DNA of 61,991 nt, counting the filler. It is 12 parts of 12 records of this genome, joined end to end, with 100 filler letters (N's around TTAATTAATTAA, not from the genome) between each part and the next. Parts side by side here need not be neighbours in the genome. Positions count along the whole stretch, not along the records: positions 35,054 to 44,936 come from SRR11831585_879; positions 45,037 to 47,084 come from SRR11831585_880; positions 47,185 to 55,487 come from SRR11831585_889; 9 more parts are not named here. One strand, written 5' to 3'. Within the stretch, counting starts at the first letter, position 1. Every line of letters begins with the position of its first letter. The notes below the pieces were generated by a model. The model did no database searches. It was not told the DNA's origin and saw only the letters and a list, made by a program, of their open reading frames with translations. This document shows, piece by piece, positions 39,361 to 51,698 of the stretch. The position numbers and the translations under genes are program-made.

Positions 39361-40094
39361 TTACGGCCTCTTTTCAGTATCAGTTCACTCACCCACGGAC
39401 GGCGTTTTTCCATCAGCAAAATCAAATTACGCATCCGCATCAGCGTCAGCGTGGCAGACAGGAGCAGGAAGCCAAAAATCGACCAGCGCAGCGGCGAACG
39501 CATCGCCGGATCGATACTTTGCTGCATCCGCGTTGATCCCTGATGCAGGGTGTTCCACCACTCCACGGAGTAATGAATAATCGGCAGATTCACCACGCCA
39601 ATCAGCACCAGGATACCTGCCGCACGGCCCGCCAGACGGCGGTCGTCGAAGGCGTGCCACAGGGCAATCACACCCACATACAAAAACAGCAGCACCAGTT
39701 CAGAAGTCAGACGTGCATCCCATACCCACCAGGTGCCCCACATCGGTTTTCCCCATGCAGAGCCGGTAACCAGGGCAATAAAGGTAAACACGGCACCAAT
39801 GGGGGCCATCGCCGCCACCGCCAGGTTGGCCATTTTCATCTGCCAGACAAGGCCAATAAACGCTGCCACTGCCATTGATGCATAAATGCCCATCGACCAG
39901 ATCGCCGCAGGCACATGCAGGTAGATAATGCGGTAGCTATTTCCCTGCTGATAATCAGCCGGAGCAAAGCCGAATCCCCAGATCCAGCCGACGGTAAGCA
40001 CGACCACACTGGCAATTGCCAGCCACGGTATAAACCAGCCACAGATTTGATACAGCCGTGGTGGGATCGCCAGTTGATGCAGTGTTTTCCACAT
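39357..40094 (-). CDS. ccmC: Heme exporter protein CcmC
   Basis: WGKPMWGTWWVWDARLT motif. Confidence 0.97.
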   Translation of the reverse strand: MWKTLHQLAIPPRLYQICGWFIPWLAIASVVVLTVGWIWGFGFAPADYQQGNSYRIIYLHVPAAIWSMGIYASMAVAAFIGLVWQMKMANLAVAAMAPIGAVFTFIALVTGSAWGKPMWGTWWVWDARLTSELVLLFLYVGVIALWHAFDDRRLAGRAAGILVLIGVVNLPIIHYSVEWWNTLHQGSTRMQQSIDPAMRSPLRWSIFGFLLLSATLTLMRMRNLILLMEKRRPWVSELILKRGRK

Positions 40095-40135
40095 AGTTTC
40101 GATACCAGACTCGAACAAAAATCAGTAATCCAGCG

Positions 40136-40798
40136 TTATTGAATGCTGATTCGTAACGCTGCCGCCGTCGCAAAAGGACTTAATGTCGCGGTGCCTGCCA
40201 GCAACGCGCCTAAAATTGCCAGATACCCGTCAACGGGCAAATGCATAGAAGCCGCGTCCATCGCGGCGGTGGCAAAGATGAGTAATGGGATAGTCAGCGG
40301 TAACACCAGTATGCTGAGCAGCACACCACCGCGCTTAAGTCCCACTGTCAGCGCCACGCCCGGTGCACCGAGAAAGCCAAGCGTAGGCGTTCCCAGCAGC
40401 AGCGTCAGCGCCATCACTTGCCAGCCATAAACATCCATTCCCAGTAGCATTGCTACCAGTGGCGAAAGGATGAGTAACGGCAGACCGGTTACCATCCAGT
40501 GCGCCATCACCTTCGCCAGCACAACGGCGGGCAAGGGTAACGGCAACAACATCAATTGTTCAAGACTGCCGTCCTGCAAATCGTCACGGAACAGTCGTTC
40601 CAGCGCCAGCAAGGATGAAAGCAGCGCAGCAACCCAGATAATGCCCGGTGCAATACGCGCCAGCAGTTGCGGCTCCGGACCGATACTGAGCGGAAAAAGG
40701 GTAATTACAATCAGGAAGAACCACAGCGGGTTGGCGATTTCGGCGCTATGGCGAAACGCTACACGCAGCTCAAGACGGAAAATGCGCCAGAACATCAT
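40136..40798 (-). CDS. ccmB: Heme exporter permease CcmB
   Basis: [12 protein letters not shown] motif. Confidence 0.96.
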
Positions 40799-41418
40799 GC
40801 GGCCCTCGTTTGCGTCAGTGAAATGCGGCGAATTTTACTTTCAGCAACGTTGAGCGGCTGGTGGGTAGTCAGAATCACAATCCCCCCCTGCTCCGTATGC
40901 TGCGCCATACGCTGGGTCAGACGATCGACACCGTTAACGTCAATCGCGGTAAAAGGCTCGTCGAGGATCCATAACGTGGCACGGGTCAGCCACAGACGCG
41001 CTAAAGCGACGCGGCGTTGTTGCCCGGCCGAGAGCTGATTTACAGGAATATCTTCGAATCCGGCAAGCCCGGCCTGCGCCAGGGCTTCCAGACATTGTGC
41101 GGTATCGCCATCGCGATGATAAAAGTGCAGATTTTCTAACGCCGTCAGCCGGGTTTTGATCCCCGGCTGATGGCCTATCCATAACAGGTTTTGATGGTAG
41201 CTGTCGCGTACCTGATGCAAGGGCTGCCCTTGCCAGAGAACCTCGCCTGCGTCAGGGCGAGACAACCCCGTCAGCAAACGGAGAAGCGTTGTCTTCCCCG
41301 CGCCGTTGCTACCGGTGATTTGTACCCACTCTCCTGCGTTCAGCGTAAATGACAAGCCACTAAATAAGGTTCGTTCATCCCGCTCACAAAGTAACTCTCT
41401 GGCTTCAAGCATACCCAC
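40795..41418 (-). CDS. ccmA: ABC ATPase CcmA
   Basis: [13 protein letters not shown] and ILDEP motifs. Confidence 0.97.
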   Translation of the reverse strand: MGMLEARELLCERDERTLFSGLSFTLNAGEWVQITGSNGAGKTTLLRLLTGLSRPDAGEVLWQGQPLHQVRDSYHQNLLWIGHQPGIKTRLTALENLHFYHRDGDTAQCLEALAQAGLAGFEDIPVNQLSAGQQRRVALARLWLTRATLWILDEPFTAIDVNGVDRLTQRMAQHTEQGGIVILTTHQPLNVAESKIRRISLTQTRAA

Positions 41419-41430
41419 GCAATAACCCTG

Positions 41431-42033
41431 TTAAAAACCTGGCTCGACTTCACGCATATCGGGCAGCTTGTGCGCTATCCCTTTATGGCAATCAATACAG
41501 GTTTGCCCATCTTTCACCGCCTGGTCATGCATCTTCGCGGCAACCGATTTCTGGGCGGTTGTATCCATATACTCGAAGTTGTGACAGTTACGGCACTCCT
41601 GCGAGTTATTGTCCTTCATGCGCCGCCACTCATTCTGTGCCATCGTCAGACGATGAGCTTCAAATTTCTGCGGCGTGTCAATAACGCCAAAAATTTTACC
41701 ATACAGCTCTTTACTTGCTTTGAGCTTGCGTATCATCTTCGGCACAAACTCGTGCGGAACGTGACAATCCGGACAGGTCGCACGGACGCCGCTACGGTTG
41801 TTGTAGTGCACGGAATCCATGTATTCCTGATACACCGTGTTGCGCATTTCGTGGCAGCTAATGCAGAACTCTTCGGTATTGGCTTTTTCCATCCCGGTGT
41901 TAAAGCCACCCCAGAAGACGATGCCGCCAACAAAACCGATCAACAGCAGCGTCCCCAGCGCCAGACGGCTGGGGGTACGCCACCATTTCCACAGGCGCTT
42001 AATCAGACCAGGCTTACGGTCAGAATTTCCCAT
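41431..42033 (-). CDS. napC: Tetraheme cytochrome NapC
   Basis: Four CxxCH motifs. Confidence 0.97.
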   Translation of the reverse strand: MGNSDRKPGLIKRLWKWWRTPSRLALGTLLLIGFVGGIVFWGGFNTGMEKANTEEFCISCHEMRNTVYQEYMDSVHYNNRSGVRATCPDCHVPHEFVPKMIRKLKASKELYGKIFGVIDTPQKFEAHRLTMAQNEWRRMKDNNSQECRNCHNFEYMDTTAQKSVAAKMHDQAVKDGQTCIDCHKGIAHKLPDMREVEPGF

Positions 42034-42042
42034 AATAACCTC

Positions 42043-42492
42043 TTATTTCCCGTAACCTTTTGATGGGGTAAAGGTATTCCCCACGATTGGCGCGGTATCG
42101 GCCTGCGGTACGTGACATTGCAGACAGAAATAACGACGCGGAGCCACTTCCGCGCCCACTTTGCCGTCGCTGTCCATAAAGTGAGTAGGACTGATACGCG
42201 GCGCGCCAGTGGTGCGATAGCTTTCGACACCGTGGCACTGCAAGCAGCGATTGGTATTGGTCGTTACCTGATAACCTTCAACGCTATGCGGGATCATTGG
42301 CGGCTGATTCACATAGTTCAGCGGCATCCGATCCTGCTCTTTTGGCATCCGAATGGCCCCTTCCTGTGTCCCGGATACTTCCGGCGACTGGCTAAAATCG
42401 ACGCCATTAGCCGCCCAAACCGCGCCGCTTACCACCAGGGCCAGCATCGCCGTCCATTGACACAGCGCTTTCTTCAGGTCATGGCTTTTCAT
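42043..42492 (-). CDS. napB: Diheme cytochrome NapB
   Basis: Two CLQCH motifs; PPMIPH. Confidence 0.96.
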   Translation of the reverse strand: MKSHDLKKALCQWTAMLALVVSGAVWAANGVDFSQSPEVSGTQEGAIRMPKEQDRMPLNYVNQPPMIPHSVEGYQVTTNTNRCLQCHGVESYRTTGAPRISPTHFMDSDGKVGAEVAPRRYFCLQCHVPQADTAPIVGNTFTPSKGYGK

Positions 42493-43352
42493 GATTTCGC
42501 TCCCGAACTCCATCGTGTAGTTATTGTAAATACATCCTCAGAACAGACATCCACGCAGCGACCGCACGTCATGCAATCGCGGCTGGTGACCTGCACCGGG
42601 CTTTGTTCATCCAGCACCGGGGCACGTAGCACATGCGGTTCCGGGCAAACATGAAAACAATCCATACAGCGGTTACATTTCTGCCGATCGGTGGCCGCAA
42701 CGGTAATCACACCTTTGCTACCCAGCACGCCATACAGCGCGCCAACCGGACAAATGTGCCCGCACCAGCCGTGTTCAACGACCAGTAGATCAAATAAAAA
42801 CAGCGCGAGAATAAGCAGCGCGCCGCTGCCGAAGCCCATTACCAGGCTACGCCCCATCAGAGAAACGGGGTTGATCCATTCCCAAATGAGCGTGCCAGTT
42901 AAGGCTGATCCCACCAGAATGACCACCAACAGCACGTAGCGAATGTGGCGAGGGATCGTCGCAGACTGATTGAGGTCAAAGCGCCTGCGTAACCAGTTCG
43001 CTAAGTCGGTAATCGGGTTCAGCGGGCAGACCCAGCTGCAAAATAATCGCTTTCCCGCCAGGGCGTAGAGCACGGTGATAATCACCGCACCGGTCAACGC
43101 CACCGTGGCAGGCAGATGACCACTGGCAAGACTTTGCAGCGTCATCAGCGGATCGGTCAGCGGAACGGTGTCGAATAACAGGCTACTGCTGTAGTTGCCG
43201 TGCAAGATCCACACACCAAACCATGGACCGCTCAAAAACATCCCCAGCACGAAGAACTGACAAAGGCGACGTAACACCAGCCAACGGTGACTGCGCCACC
43301 AGCCTTTTTTCTCCAGCGCCTCGCGCCCGGCGTCACGTTTACGATTTGCCAT
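42489..43352 (-). CDS. napH: Ferredoxin-type membrane protein NapH
   Basis: CSWVCP and CxxCxxCxxxC motifs. Confidence 0.96.
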
Positions 43353-44034
43353 TGTTCCCCTCCAGCCAGCCGAAGCGGTAATGGTGACCTAACTCCCCTT
43401 TCGCCAGTGACAGCGGTAACACCTTGATTGCCGGTTGTTCCAGCACGCATACTTTTTCGCACTTACCGCAACCGGTACAGGCGTCGCTGTGAACCGTCGG
43501 CAGAAAGCGGGCGTGCTTACCGGTACGCGTGTTGCGCTCCAGCTCCAGGGTGATGGCCTCATCAATTTTCGGGCATTCGCGATAACAAACATCGCAGCGC
43601 AGCCCCTGAAAGTTGAGACAGTTTTCCTGGTCCACCAGTACCGCCAGCCCCATCCGCGCGTCGTCGATCGATTCAATCTCACGATCCAGCGCACCGCTTG
43701 GGCACACTTTGGCGCACGGAATGTCCTCACACATTTCGCAAGGAATATCCCGTGCGACAAAATATGGCGTGCCCGCCGACAGACCAGAGGCCAGCGTCGC
43801 CAGTTTTAAGGTGTCGTAAGGGCAAGCCTGAACACACTGACCGCAACGCACACAGGCACTGGCAAAGGCGTTCTCGTTTATGGCTCCGGGCGGGCGCAAC
43901 CGCACGCCAGATGCGCGTGCGGTTTGCTGTTGTAACCCCAGCGCCACACCCACGGCAGCCAGCCCGCCTGCTGTGCGAACGACATCGCGCAGAAAGCGGC
44001 GGCGACCATTTTGAGGTTTCGCTGACCGGGACAT
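43339..44034 (-). CDS. napG: Ferredoxin-type protein NapG
   Basis: Tat signal RRRFLR; four Fe-S motifs. Confidence 0.96.
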
Positions 44035-44040
44035 AATGGC

Positions 44041-44936
44041 TTACACCTTCTCCAGTTTGACCGCGCACTTCTTGAAGTCCGTCTCTTTCGAGAGCGGATC
44101 GGTCGCATCCAGCGTCAGTTTGTTAACCAACTGTGCGGCGTCGAAGAACGGCATGTACACCAGGCCCTGTGGCGGACGGTTACGACCGCGCGTTTCAACA
44201 ATCGAGATCACTTCGCCACGGCGAGAAACCACTTTCACTTTGTCGCCACGGCGCAGATCGCGCGCTTTCGCATCCAGCGGGTGAATAAACAGGACCGCTT
44301 CCGGGAAGGCGCGGTGCAGTTCTGGTACACGGCGAGTCATACTGCCGGTGTGCCAGTGCTCCAGAACGCGTCCGGTAGAGAGCCACAGGTCGTACTCTTC
44401 ATCCGGTGCTTCCGCCGCCGGTTCGAATGGCAGTGCGAAGATCACCGCTTTGCCATCCGGTTTACCGTAGAACTTATAGCCTTCGCCCGCTTTCACGTAC
44501 GGGTCGTTACCTTCGCTGTAACGCCACTGCGTTTCTTTACCGTTCACCACCGGCCAGCGCAGACCGCGCGCTTTGTGGTAGTCATCGAACGGTGCCAGAT
44601 CGTGACCGTGACCGCGACCAAACCATGCGTACTCTTCGAACAGCCCTTTTTGCAGATAGAAGCCCAGCTCGCGGGATTCATCGTTCAGCTGATCTTCCGC
44701 CAGTTCGGATACCGGGAATTTGCTCACTTCCGGTGTGGCATACAGCACTTCGTACAGCGTTTTGCCACGCAGTTCCGGTTTCTTCGCCAGCAGATCTTCC
44801 GGCCATACTTCTTCAGTTTTGAAGCGGCGGGAGAACTGGACTAACTGCCAGAGATCCGATTTCGCTTCGCCCGGTGCCTGTACCTGTTGACGCCAGAACT
44901 GAGTACGGCGTTCGGCGTTACCGTAAGCGCCTCTTC
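44041..44936 (-). CDS. napA: Periplasmic nitrate reductase catalytic subunit, C-terminal part (contig-truncated)
   Basis: [30 protein letters not shown]. Confidence 0.96.
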
Positions 44937-45036
44937 NNNNNNNNNNNNNNNNNNNNNNNNNNNNNNNNNNNNNNNNNNNNTTAATTAATTAANNNNNNNN
45001 NNNNNNNNNNNNNNNNNNNNNNNNNNNNNNNNNNNN

Positions 45037-45643
45037 CCCCGTCAGCATCATCACACACGAAACCGCAGCCTGCGTCTCTCCGTGTCACACACCAGTGTCG
45101 GTTCGCTGAGCGGCCGTCTCTCCATGCAACAGCGTGCTGCGGAGGACGCACTTCGGCTCATGTCCCAACTCGCGCTGTGGATCACACACTGCACGGGGGA
45201 GACCCTGCCCCAGGAAACCCACAATATGTTGTGGTTCCTGCGGGACGGTGCGCTCTTGCTGCGTCTGCTGGACACGCTGTTCCCATCGGAAATCACCTCT
45301 ACCTCCTCACAAACCACATCCCAACCAGCGCCCTCCGCTGCCCCGTCCCGCTCTGCTGTGTTGCAGCATCGAGATCTGACCCGTTTCAGTCCTTCCACCC
45401 GCTATCATGCCTCCCAACATACCCTGGGGCTGGCGGCTCGCCCCCTGATTCGGTGCGATCCGTACCGCGAACGGCGCAACGTGCAACGGTTCATTGACGG
45501 GTGCCGGCGTCTGGGCGTCTCTTCGGTGTTTGCCGTGGATGATCTGTGTGAGATGCGTGACGTGTTTGGTGTGATTACCTGTTTGGTGGAGCTGGCTGAG
45601 CTGTCCGGTGCATGTGGAAAGGCGCCCCTTCCCAGTGCGGAAA
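45037..45643 (+). CDS. Calponin-homology (CH) domain exon of a eukaryotic protein; boundaries uncertain
   Basis: LALWI..LRDGALLLRLLDTLFP..NVQRFIDGCRRLGV..FAVDDLCE..VITCLVELA. Confidence 0.75.
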
Positions 45644-46430
45644 GTGTGAGCTGTAGTTTGGCGGCGGGGCGGGTGCAATGGATGTGTGATTGTATGTCAC
45701 GAGCCATGTCATCGTAAGCCATCGCGTTGTTTGCTTACGTCTGGGAACATGTAAAGGGTGTTTTGTTTGTTATGAGTGCAGCAGTAGTAGTGTTGTGTTT
45801 GTATGTGCGTGTTTGTGTGTACAGAGTATGGGATGGTGCTTCGTTCCTCCGCTATTCTCTTTCTCTCCCTTTCTTTGTTGGTGAACGAATTCGGGTTTCT
45901 TTTTATGAGTTGGTGTTTTTCTCGTAAAACCGAAAAATTTGTTTGTGTATGTATGTGTGTGTATCACTGTGTCAGAATGGTTCGTTTCAGTATATATACT
46001 GGACACACATGAATCCCCATTACCCTATTGCTCACTGCTACTGCTTGAAAACAAACGTTTCATATATTATCGTAACTATCATGCAGCATCATAGTTCTAC
46101 TTGCGGTTCCTCGCTCTCACTCCAATCGACATCCCAACTATCTTGCTCTCTCACACAAATAACACACACACACACACACACTCGTACATACTTTAAGCAC
46201 AGAGCGATCATTCCACTCTCTCACAGTACATTGATTCATTGGCTCGTGCAACACAGACAAACAAACAAATAAAACCAAGATGACTTGCACGCCTCGTATC
46301 GTCGCATTTCCCACACATAGCCCCTAACGACCCACGAAACATGATCACACGGGAAACAAATGATTCAGTTCCTGGTCTCTATGTCAAAACACACACACAC
46401 AGCACACAGCACACACCACCGCACATCGTC

Positions 46431-47052
46431 TCAGCGTGGGCCAGGGACCGGGTGCACCTCCGTGGGAGTCATAGTCGTAGCGCTGTTACTGCCACTGCCG
46501 CTGGTGTTTCCGTTGTTGCTAGAGCCGTTGCTGTTGTTGGTGCCGTTGCTGTTGGGGATCTCGGACACCACGATGGGCTGGATGGTTTCGACATCGTCTC
46601 GGTCGATCACCCATTGAATCTACACACACAGAGAGGAGAGACACACACAGCGCACATTCGAATGAGTGGAGAGAGAGAGGAGGGGGGGGAGCAAATGAGG
46701 TACATGAATGGATCAACCAACACGCATACAAAACCCACAAACAGTGCAATGTACCTCCTGCAACCCGTACGCAGCAGGCTTTAGCTCGATCACCGTATGC
46801 AGCGGTACGTCAATATTGGGGCAGTCCTCCACAGGCTTATTCCGGAAATAGGCCAGCAGGGCGCGGTTCACCGCCTGATGGCCAATGACCAAAACAGGCG
46901 TACGCAGCGATTCGAGCTCCAGAATGACCGTTTCGAGCCTGTCAATGACGTCTTCGTAGCTCTCGCCACGTGGATACCGGTATCGCAGCTTGTCCTTACG
47001 ACGTGCCTCCCAATCGGAGGGATATGCCTCTTGAATCGCCTCATATGTCATG
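46431..47052 (-). CDS. PFKFB: 6-phosphofructo-2-kinase/fructose-2,6-bisphosphatase, last two exons (46755-47052, 46431-46619)
   Basis: [53 protein letters not shown]. Confidence 0.9.
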
Positions 47053-47184
47053 CTGCACACACACACACACAAACAAACAAACAANNNNNNNNNNNNNNNN
47101 NNNNNNNNNNNNNNNNNNNNNNNNNNNNTTAATTAATTAANNNNNNNNNNNNNNNNNNNNNNNNNNNNNNNNNNNNNNNNNNNN

Positions 47185-47206
47185 CTCGCTCCGGCGGGGT
47201 TTTTTG
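47185..47206 (+). ncRNA. istR: 3' terminator end of the IstR sRNA (truncated)
   Basis: CTCGCTCCGGCGGGGTTTTTT upstream of ivbL, as I recall for E. coli. Confidence 0.6.
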
Positions 47207-47334
47207 TTATCTGCAATTCAGTACAAAACGTGATCAACCCCTCAATTTTCCCTTGCTGAAAAATTTTCCATTGTCTCCCCTGTAAAGCTGTGCTTGTATA
47301 AATATTGTTAAACACAAAACCAACAAGGTCCCCA

Positions 47335-47433
47335 ATGACTACTTCCATGCTCAACGCAAAACTACTACCAACTGCGCCATCCGCCGCAGTGGTCGTCGTG
47401 CGTGTGGTGGTGGTCGTCGGCAATGCGCCGTAG
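47335..47433 (+). CDS. ivbL: ilvBN leader peptide (Val/Leu-rich)
   Basis: MTTSMLNAKLLPTAPSAAVVVVRVVVVVGNAP*. Confidence 0.95.
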   Translation: MTTSMLNAKLLPTAPSAAVVVVRVVVVVGNAP

Positions 47434-47456
47434 GGACTGGAACAACACACGATTCC

Positions 47457-47490
47457 AAAACCCCGCCGGCGCAAACCGGGCGGGGTTTTT
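47457..47490 (+). terminator. ilvBN attenuator terminator
   Basis: AAAACCCCGCC..GGCGGGGTTTTT. Confidence 0.9.
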
Positions 47491-47538
47491 CGTTTAAGCA
47501 CCTCCCGGAAAGTCGGCCCAGAAGAAAAGGACTGGAGC

Positions 47539-49227
47539 ATGGCAAGTTCGGGCACAACATCGACGCGTAAGCGCTTTACCGGCGCAGAATTTATCGTTCA
47601 TTTCCTGGAACAGCAGGGCATTAAGATTGTGACAGGCATTCCGGGCGGTTCTATCCTGCCTGTTTACGATGCCTTAAGCCAAAGCACGCAAATCCGCCAT
47701 ATTCTGGCCCGTCATGAACAGGGCGCGGGCTTTATCGCTCAGGGAATGGCGCGCACCGACGGTAAACCGGCGGTCTGTATGGCCTGTAGCGGACCGGGTG
47801 CGACTAACCTGGTGACCGCCATTGCCGATGCGCGGCTGGACTCCATCCCGCTGATTTGCATCACTGGTCAGGTTCCCGCCTCGATGATCGGCACCGACGC
47901 CTTCCAGGAAGTGGACACCTACGGCATCTCTATCCCCATCACCAAACACAACTATCTGGTCAGACATATCGAAGAACTCCCGCAGGTCATGAGCGATGCC
48001 TTCCGCATTGCGCAATCAGGCCGCCCAGGCCCGGTGTGGATAGACATTCCTAAGGATGTGCAAACGGCAGTTTTTGAGATTGAAACACAGCCCGCTATGG
48101 CAGAAAAAGCCGCCGCCCCCGCCTTTAGCGAAGAAAGCATTCGTGACGCAGCGGCGATGATTAACGCTGCCAAACGCCCGGTGCTTTATCTGGGCGGCGG
48201 TGTGATCAATGCGCCCGCACGGGTGCGTGAACTGGCGGAGAAAGCGCAACTGCCTACCACCATGACTTTAATGGCGCTGGGCATGTTGCCAAAAGCGCAT
48301 CCGTTGTCGCTGGGTATGCTGGGGATGCACGGCGTGCGCAGCACCAACTATATTTTGCAGGAGGCGGATTTGTTGATAGTGCTCGGTGCGCGTTTTGATG
48401 ACCGGGCGATTGGCAAAACCGAGCAGTTCTGTCCGAATGCCAAAATCATTCATGTCGATATCGACCGTGCAGAGCTGGGTAAAATCAAGCAGCCGCACGT
48501 GGCGATTCAGGCGGATGTTGATGACGTGCTGGCGCAGTTGATCCCGCTGGTGGAAGCGCAACCGCGTGCAGAGTGGCACCAGTTGGTAGCGGATTTGCAG
48601 CGTGAGTTTCCGTGTCCAATCCCGAAAGCGTGCGATCCGTTAAGCCATTACGGCCTGATCAACGCCGTTGCCGCCTGTGTCGATGACAATGCAATTATCA
48701 CCACCGACGTTGGTCAGCATCAGATGTGGACCGCGCAAGCTTATCCGCTCAATCGCCCACGCCAGTGGCTGACCTCCGGTGGGCTGGGCACGATGGGTTT
48801 TGGCCTGCCTGCGGCGATTGGCGCTGCGCTGGCGAACCCGGATCGCAAAGTGTTGTGTTTCTCCGGCGACGGCAGCCTGATGATGAATATTCAGGAGATG
48901 GCGACCGCCAGTGAAAATCAGCTGGATGTCAAAATCATTCTGATGAACAACGAAGCGCTGGGGCTGGTGCATCAGCAACAGAGTCTGTTCTACGAGCAAG
49001 GCGTTTTTGCCGCCACCTATCCGGGCAAAATCAACTTTATGCAGATTGCCGCCGGATTCGGCCTCGAAACCTGTGATTTGAATAACGAAGCCGATCCGCA
49101 GGCTTCATTGCAGGAAATCATCAATCGCCCTGGCCCGGCGCTGATCCATGTGCGCATTGATGCCGAAGAAAAAGTTTACCCGATGGTGCCGCCAGGTGCG
49201 GCGAATACTGAAATGGTGGGGGAATAA
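47539..49227 (+). CDS. ilvB: Acetohydroxyacid synthase I large subunit
   Basis: RHEQGA and GDGSLMMN motifs; 562 aa. Confidence 0.98.
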   Translation: MASSGTTSTRKRFTGAEFIVHFLEQQGIKIVTGIPGGSILPVYDALSQSTQIRHILARHEQGAGFIAQGMARTDGKPAVCMACSGPGATNLVTAIADARLDSIPLICITGQVPASMIGTDAFQEVDTYGISIPITKHNYLVRHIEELPQVMSDAFRIAQSGRPGPVWIDIPKDVQTAVFEIETQPAMAEKAAAPAFSEESIRDAAAMINAAKRPVLYLGGGVINAPARVRELAEKAQLPTTMTLMALGMLPKAHPLSLGMLGMHGVRSTNYILQEADLLIVLGARFDDRAIGKTEQFCPNAKIIHVDIDRAELGKIKQPHVAIQADVDDVLAQLIPLVEAQPRAEWHQLVADLQREFPCPIPKACDPLSHYGLINAVAACVDDNAIITTDVGQHQMWTAQAYPLNRPRQWLTSGGLGTMGFGLPAAIGAALANPDRKVLCFSGDGSLMMNIQEMATASENQLDVKIILMNNEALGLVHQQQSLFYEQGVFAATYPGKINFMQIAAGFGLETCDLNNEADPQASLQEIINRPGPALIHVRIDAEEKVYPMVPPGAANTEMVGE

Positions 49228-49230
49228 GCC

Positions 49231-49521
49231 ATGCAAAACACAACTCATGACAACGTAATTCTGGAGCTCACCGTTCGCAACCATCCGGGCGTAATGACCC
49301 ACGTTTGTGGCCTTTTTGCCCGCCGCGCTTTTAACGTTGAAGGCATTCTTTGTCTGCCGATTCAGGACAGCGACAAAAGCCATATCTGGCTACTGGTCAA
49401 TGACGACCAGCGTCTGGAGCAGATGATAAGCCAAATCGATAAGCTGGAAGATGTCGTGAAAGTGCAGCGTAATCAGTCCGATCCGACGATGTTTAACAAG
49501 ATCGCGGTGTTTTTTCAGTAA
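49231..49521 (+). CDS. ilvN: AHAS I small subunit
   Basis: ACT domain NHPGVM. Confidence 0.97.
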
Positions 49522-49596
49522 CCGCTCAAGGCTTGAACAACATCGCGCTTATCGTTAAGGTAAGCGCGTATTTTTTTTACCCGCCAGGACAAGACC

Positions 49597-50187
49597 ATGA
49601 TCACCGTTGCCCTTATAGACGATCACCTCATCGTCCGCTCCGGCTTTGCGCAGCTGCTGGGGCTGGAACCTGATTTGCAGGTAGTTGCCGAGTTTGGTTC
49701 GGGGCGCGAGGCGCTGGCGGGGCTGCCGGGGCGCGGTGTGCAGGTGTGTATTTGCGATATCTCCATGCCCGATATCTCCGGTCTGGAGCTGCTAAGCCAG
49801 CTGCCGAAAGGTATGACGACGATTATGCTCTCCGTTCACGACAGTCCTGCGCTGGTTGAGCAGGCGCTTAACGCGGGGGCACGCGGCTTTCTTTCCAAAC
49901 GCTGTAGCCCGGATGAACTCATTGCTGCGGTGCATACGGTTGCCACGGGCGGCTGTTATCTGACGCCGGATATTGCCATTAAACTGGCATCCGGTCGTCA
50001 GGACCCGCTAACCAAACGTGAACGCCAGGTGGCGGAAAAACTGGCGCAAGGAATGGCGGTGAAAGAGATTGCCGCCGAACTGGGCTTGTCACCGAAAACG
50101 GTACACGTCCATCGCGCCAATCTGATGGAAAAACTGGGCGTCAGTAACGACGTAGAGCTGGCGCGCCGCATGTTTGATGGCTGGTGA
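49597..50187 (+). CDS. uhpA: Response regulator UhpA
   Basis: REC domain plus LuxR HTH. Confidence 0.97.
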
Positions 50188-51689
50188 TGAAGACGTTGTT
50201 CTCCCGCTTAATTACCGTTATTGCCTGCTTTTTTATCTTCTCTGCCGCATGGTTTTGCCTGTGGAGTATCAGCCTGCATCTGGTTGAGCGCCCTGATATG
50301 GCGGTGCTGTTATTTCCGTTTGGTCTGCGTCTGGGGCTAATGCTGCAATGCCCGCGCGGATACTGGCCCGTATTGCTGGGCGCGGAGTGGCTGCTGATTT
50401 ACTGGCTAACGCAGGCGGTCGGTTTAACCCATTTTCCGTTATTGATGATCGGTAGTTTACTGACGTTACTGCCCGTAGCGCTGATCTCGCGCTATCGCCA
50501 TCAGCGTGACTGGCGCACCTTGCTGTTACAGGGGGCGGCGTTAACGGCGGCGGCGTTGTTGCAGTCGCTGCCCTGGCTTTGGCACGGCAAAGAGTCGTGG
50601 AATGCGCTGTTGCTGACTTTAACTGGCGGCCTGACGCTGGCCCCGATATGTCTGGTGTTCTGGCACTATCTCGCCAATAACACCTGGCTGCCGCTCGGTC
50701 CGTCACTGGTTTCTCAGCCAATCAACTGGCGCGGGCGACATCTGGTCTGGTACTTGCTGCTGTTTGTTATCAGTCTCTGGCTCCAGTTGGGATTGCCGGA
50801 CGAACTGTCGCGCTTTACGCCATTCTGTCTGGCGCTGCCGATTATCGCGCTGGCCTGGCACTATGGTTGGCAAGGGGCGCTGATTGCGACGTTGATGAAC
50901 GCCATCGCGCTGATCGCCAGTCAAACCTGGCGCGATCATCCGGTGGATTTATTGCTCTCGCTGCTGGTGCAAAGTCTGACAGGGTTGTTGCTTGGCGCTG
51001 GCATCCAGCGGTTGCGTGAACTTAACCAGTCGCTGCAAAAGGAACTGGCGCGCAATCAGCATCTGGCTGAACGGTTGCTGGAAACCGAAGAGAGCGTGCG
51101 CCGTGATGTGGCGCGTGAGCTGCATGATGATATCGGTCAGACCATCACTGCTATTCGTACTCAGGCGGGCATTGTTCAGCGGCTGGCGGCAGATAACGCC
51201 AGCGTGAAGCAGAGCGGGCAGCTCATCGAACAACTATCGCTGGGCGTTTACGACGCGGTGCGCCGTTTGTTGGGTCGGTTACGTCCGCGCCAGTTGGATG
51301 ATCTCACCCTGGAGCAGGCCATCCGCTCACTGATGCGGGAAATGGAGCTGGAAGGGCGCGGTATTGTCAGCCATCTCGAATGGCGAATCGATGAATCAGC
51401 GTTAAGCGAAAACCAGCGCGTGACGCTGTTTCGTGTCTGCCAGGAAGGGCTGAACAACATTGTGAAACATGCTGATGCCAGCGCGGTCACCCTGCAAGGC
51501 TGGCAGCAGGATGAACGGTTGATGCTGGTTATTGAAGACGATGGCAGCGGTTTGCCGCCGGGTTCCGGGCAACAAGGTTTTGGCCTCACCGGAATGCGCG
51601 AGCGCGTAACGGCGCTGGGTGGCACATTACACATTTCCTGTCTGCACGGCACGCGTGTCAGCGTTTCTCTACCTCAACGCTATGTCTAA
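50187..51689 (+). CDS. uhpB: Sensor histidine kinase UhpB
   Basis: [14 protein letters not shown]1 TM region. Confidence 0.97.
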
Positions 51690-51698
51690 GGTTTGATG

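Noticed and set aside
35054-44936. nap/ccm operon as horizontally acquired nitrate respiration in a eukaryote
   Set aside because: Separate contig bounded by artificial spacers, E. coli K-12-like sequence and gene order, REP element, no introns: contamination.
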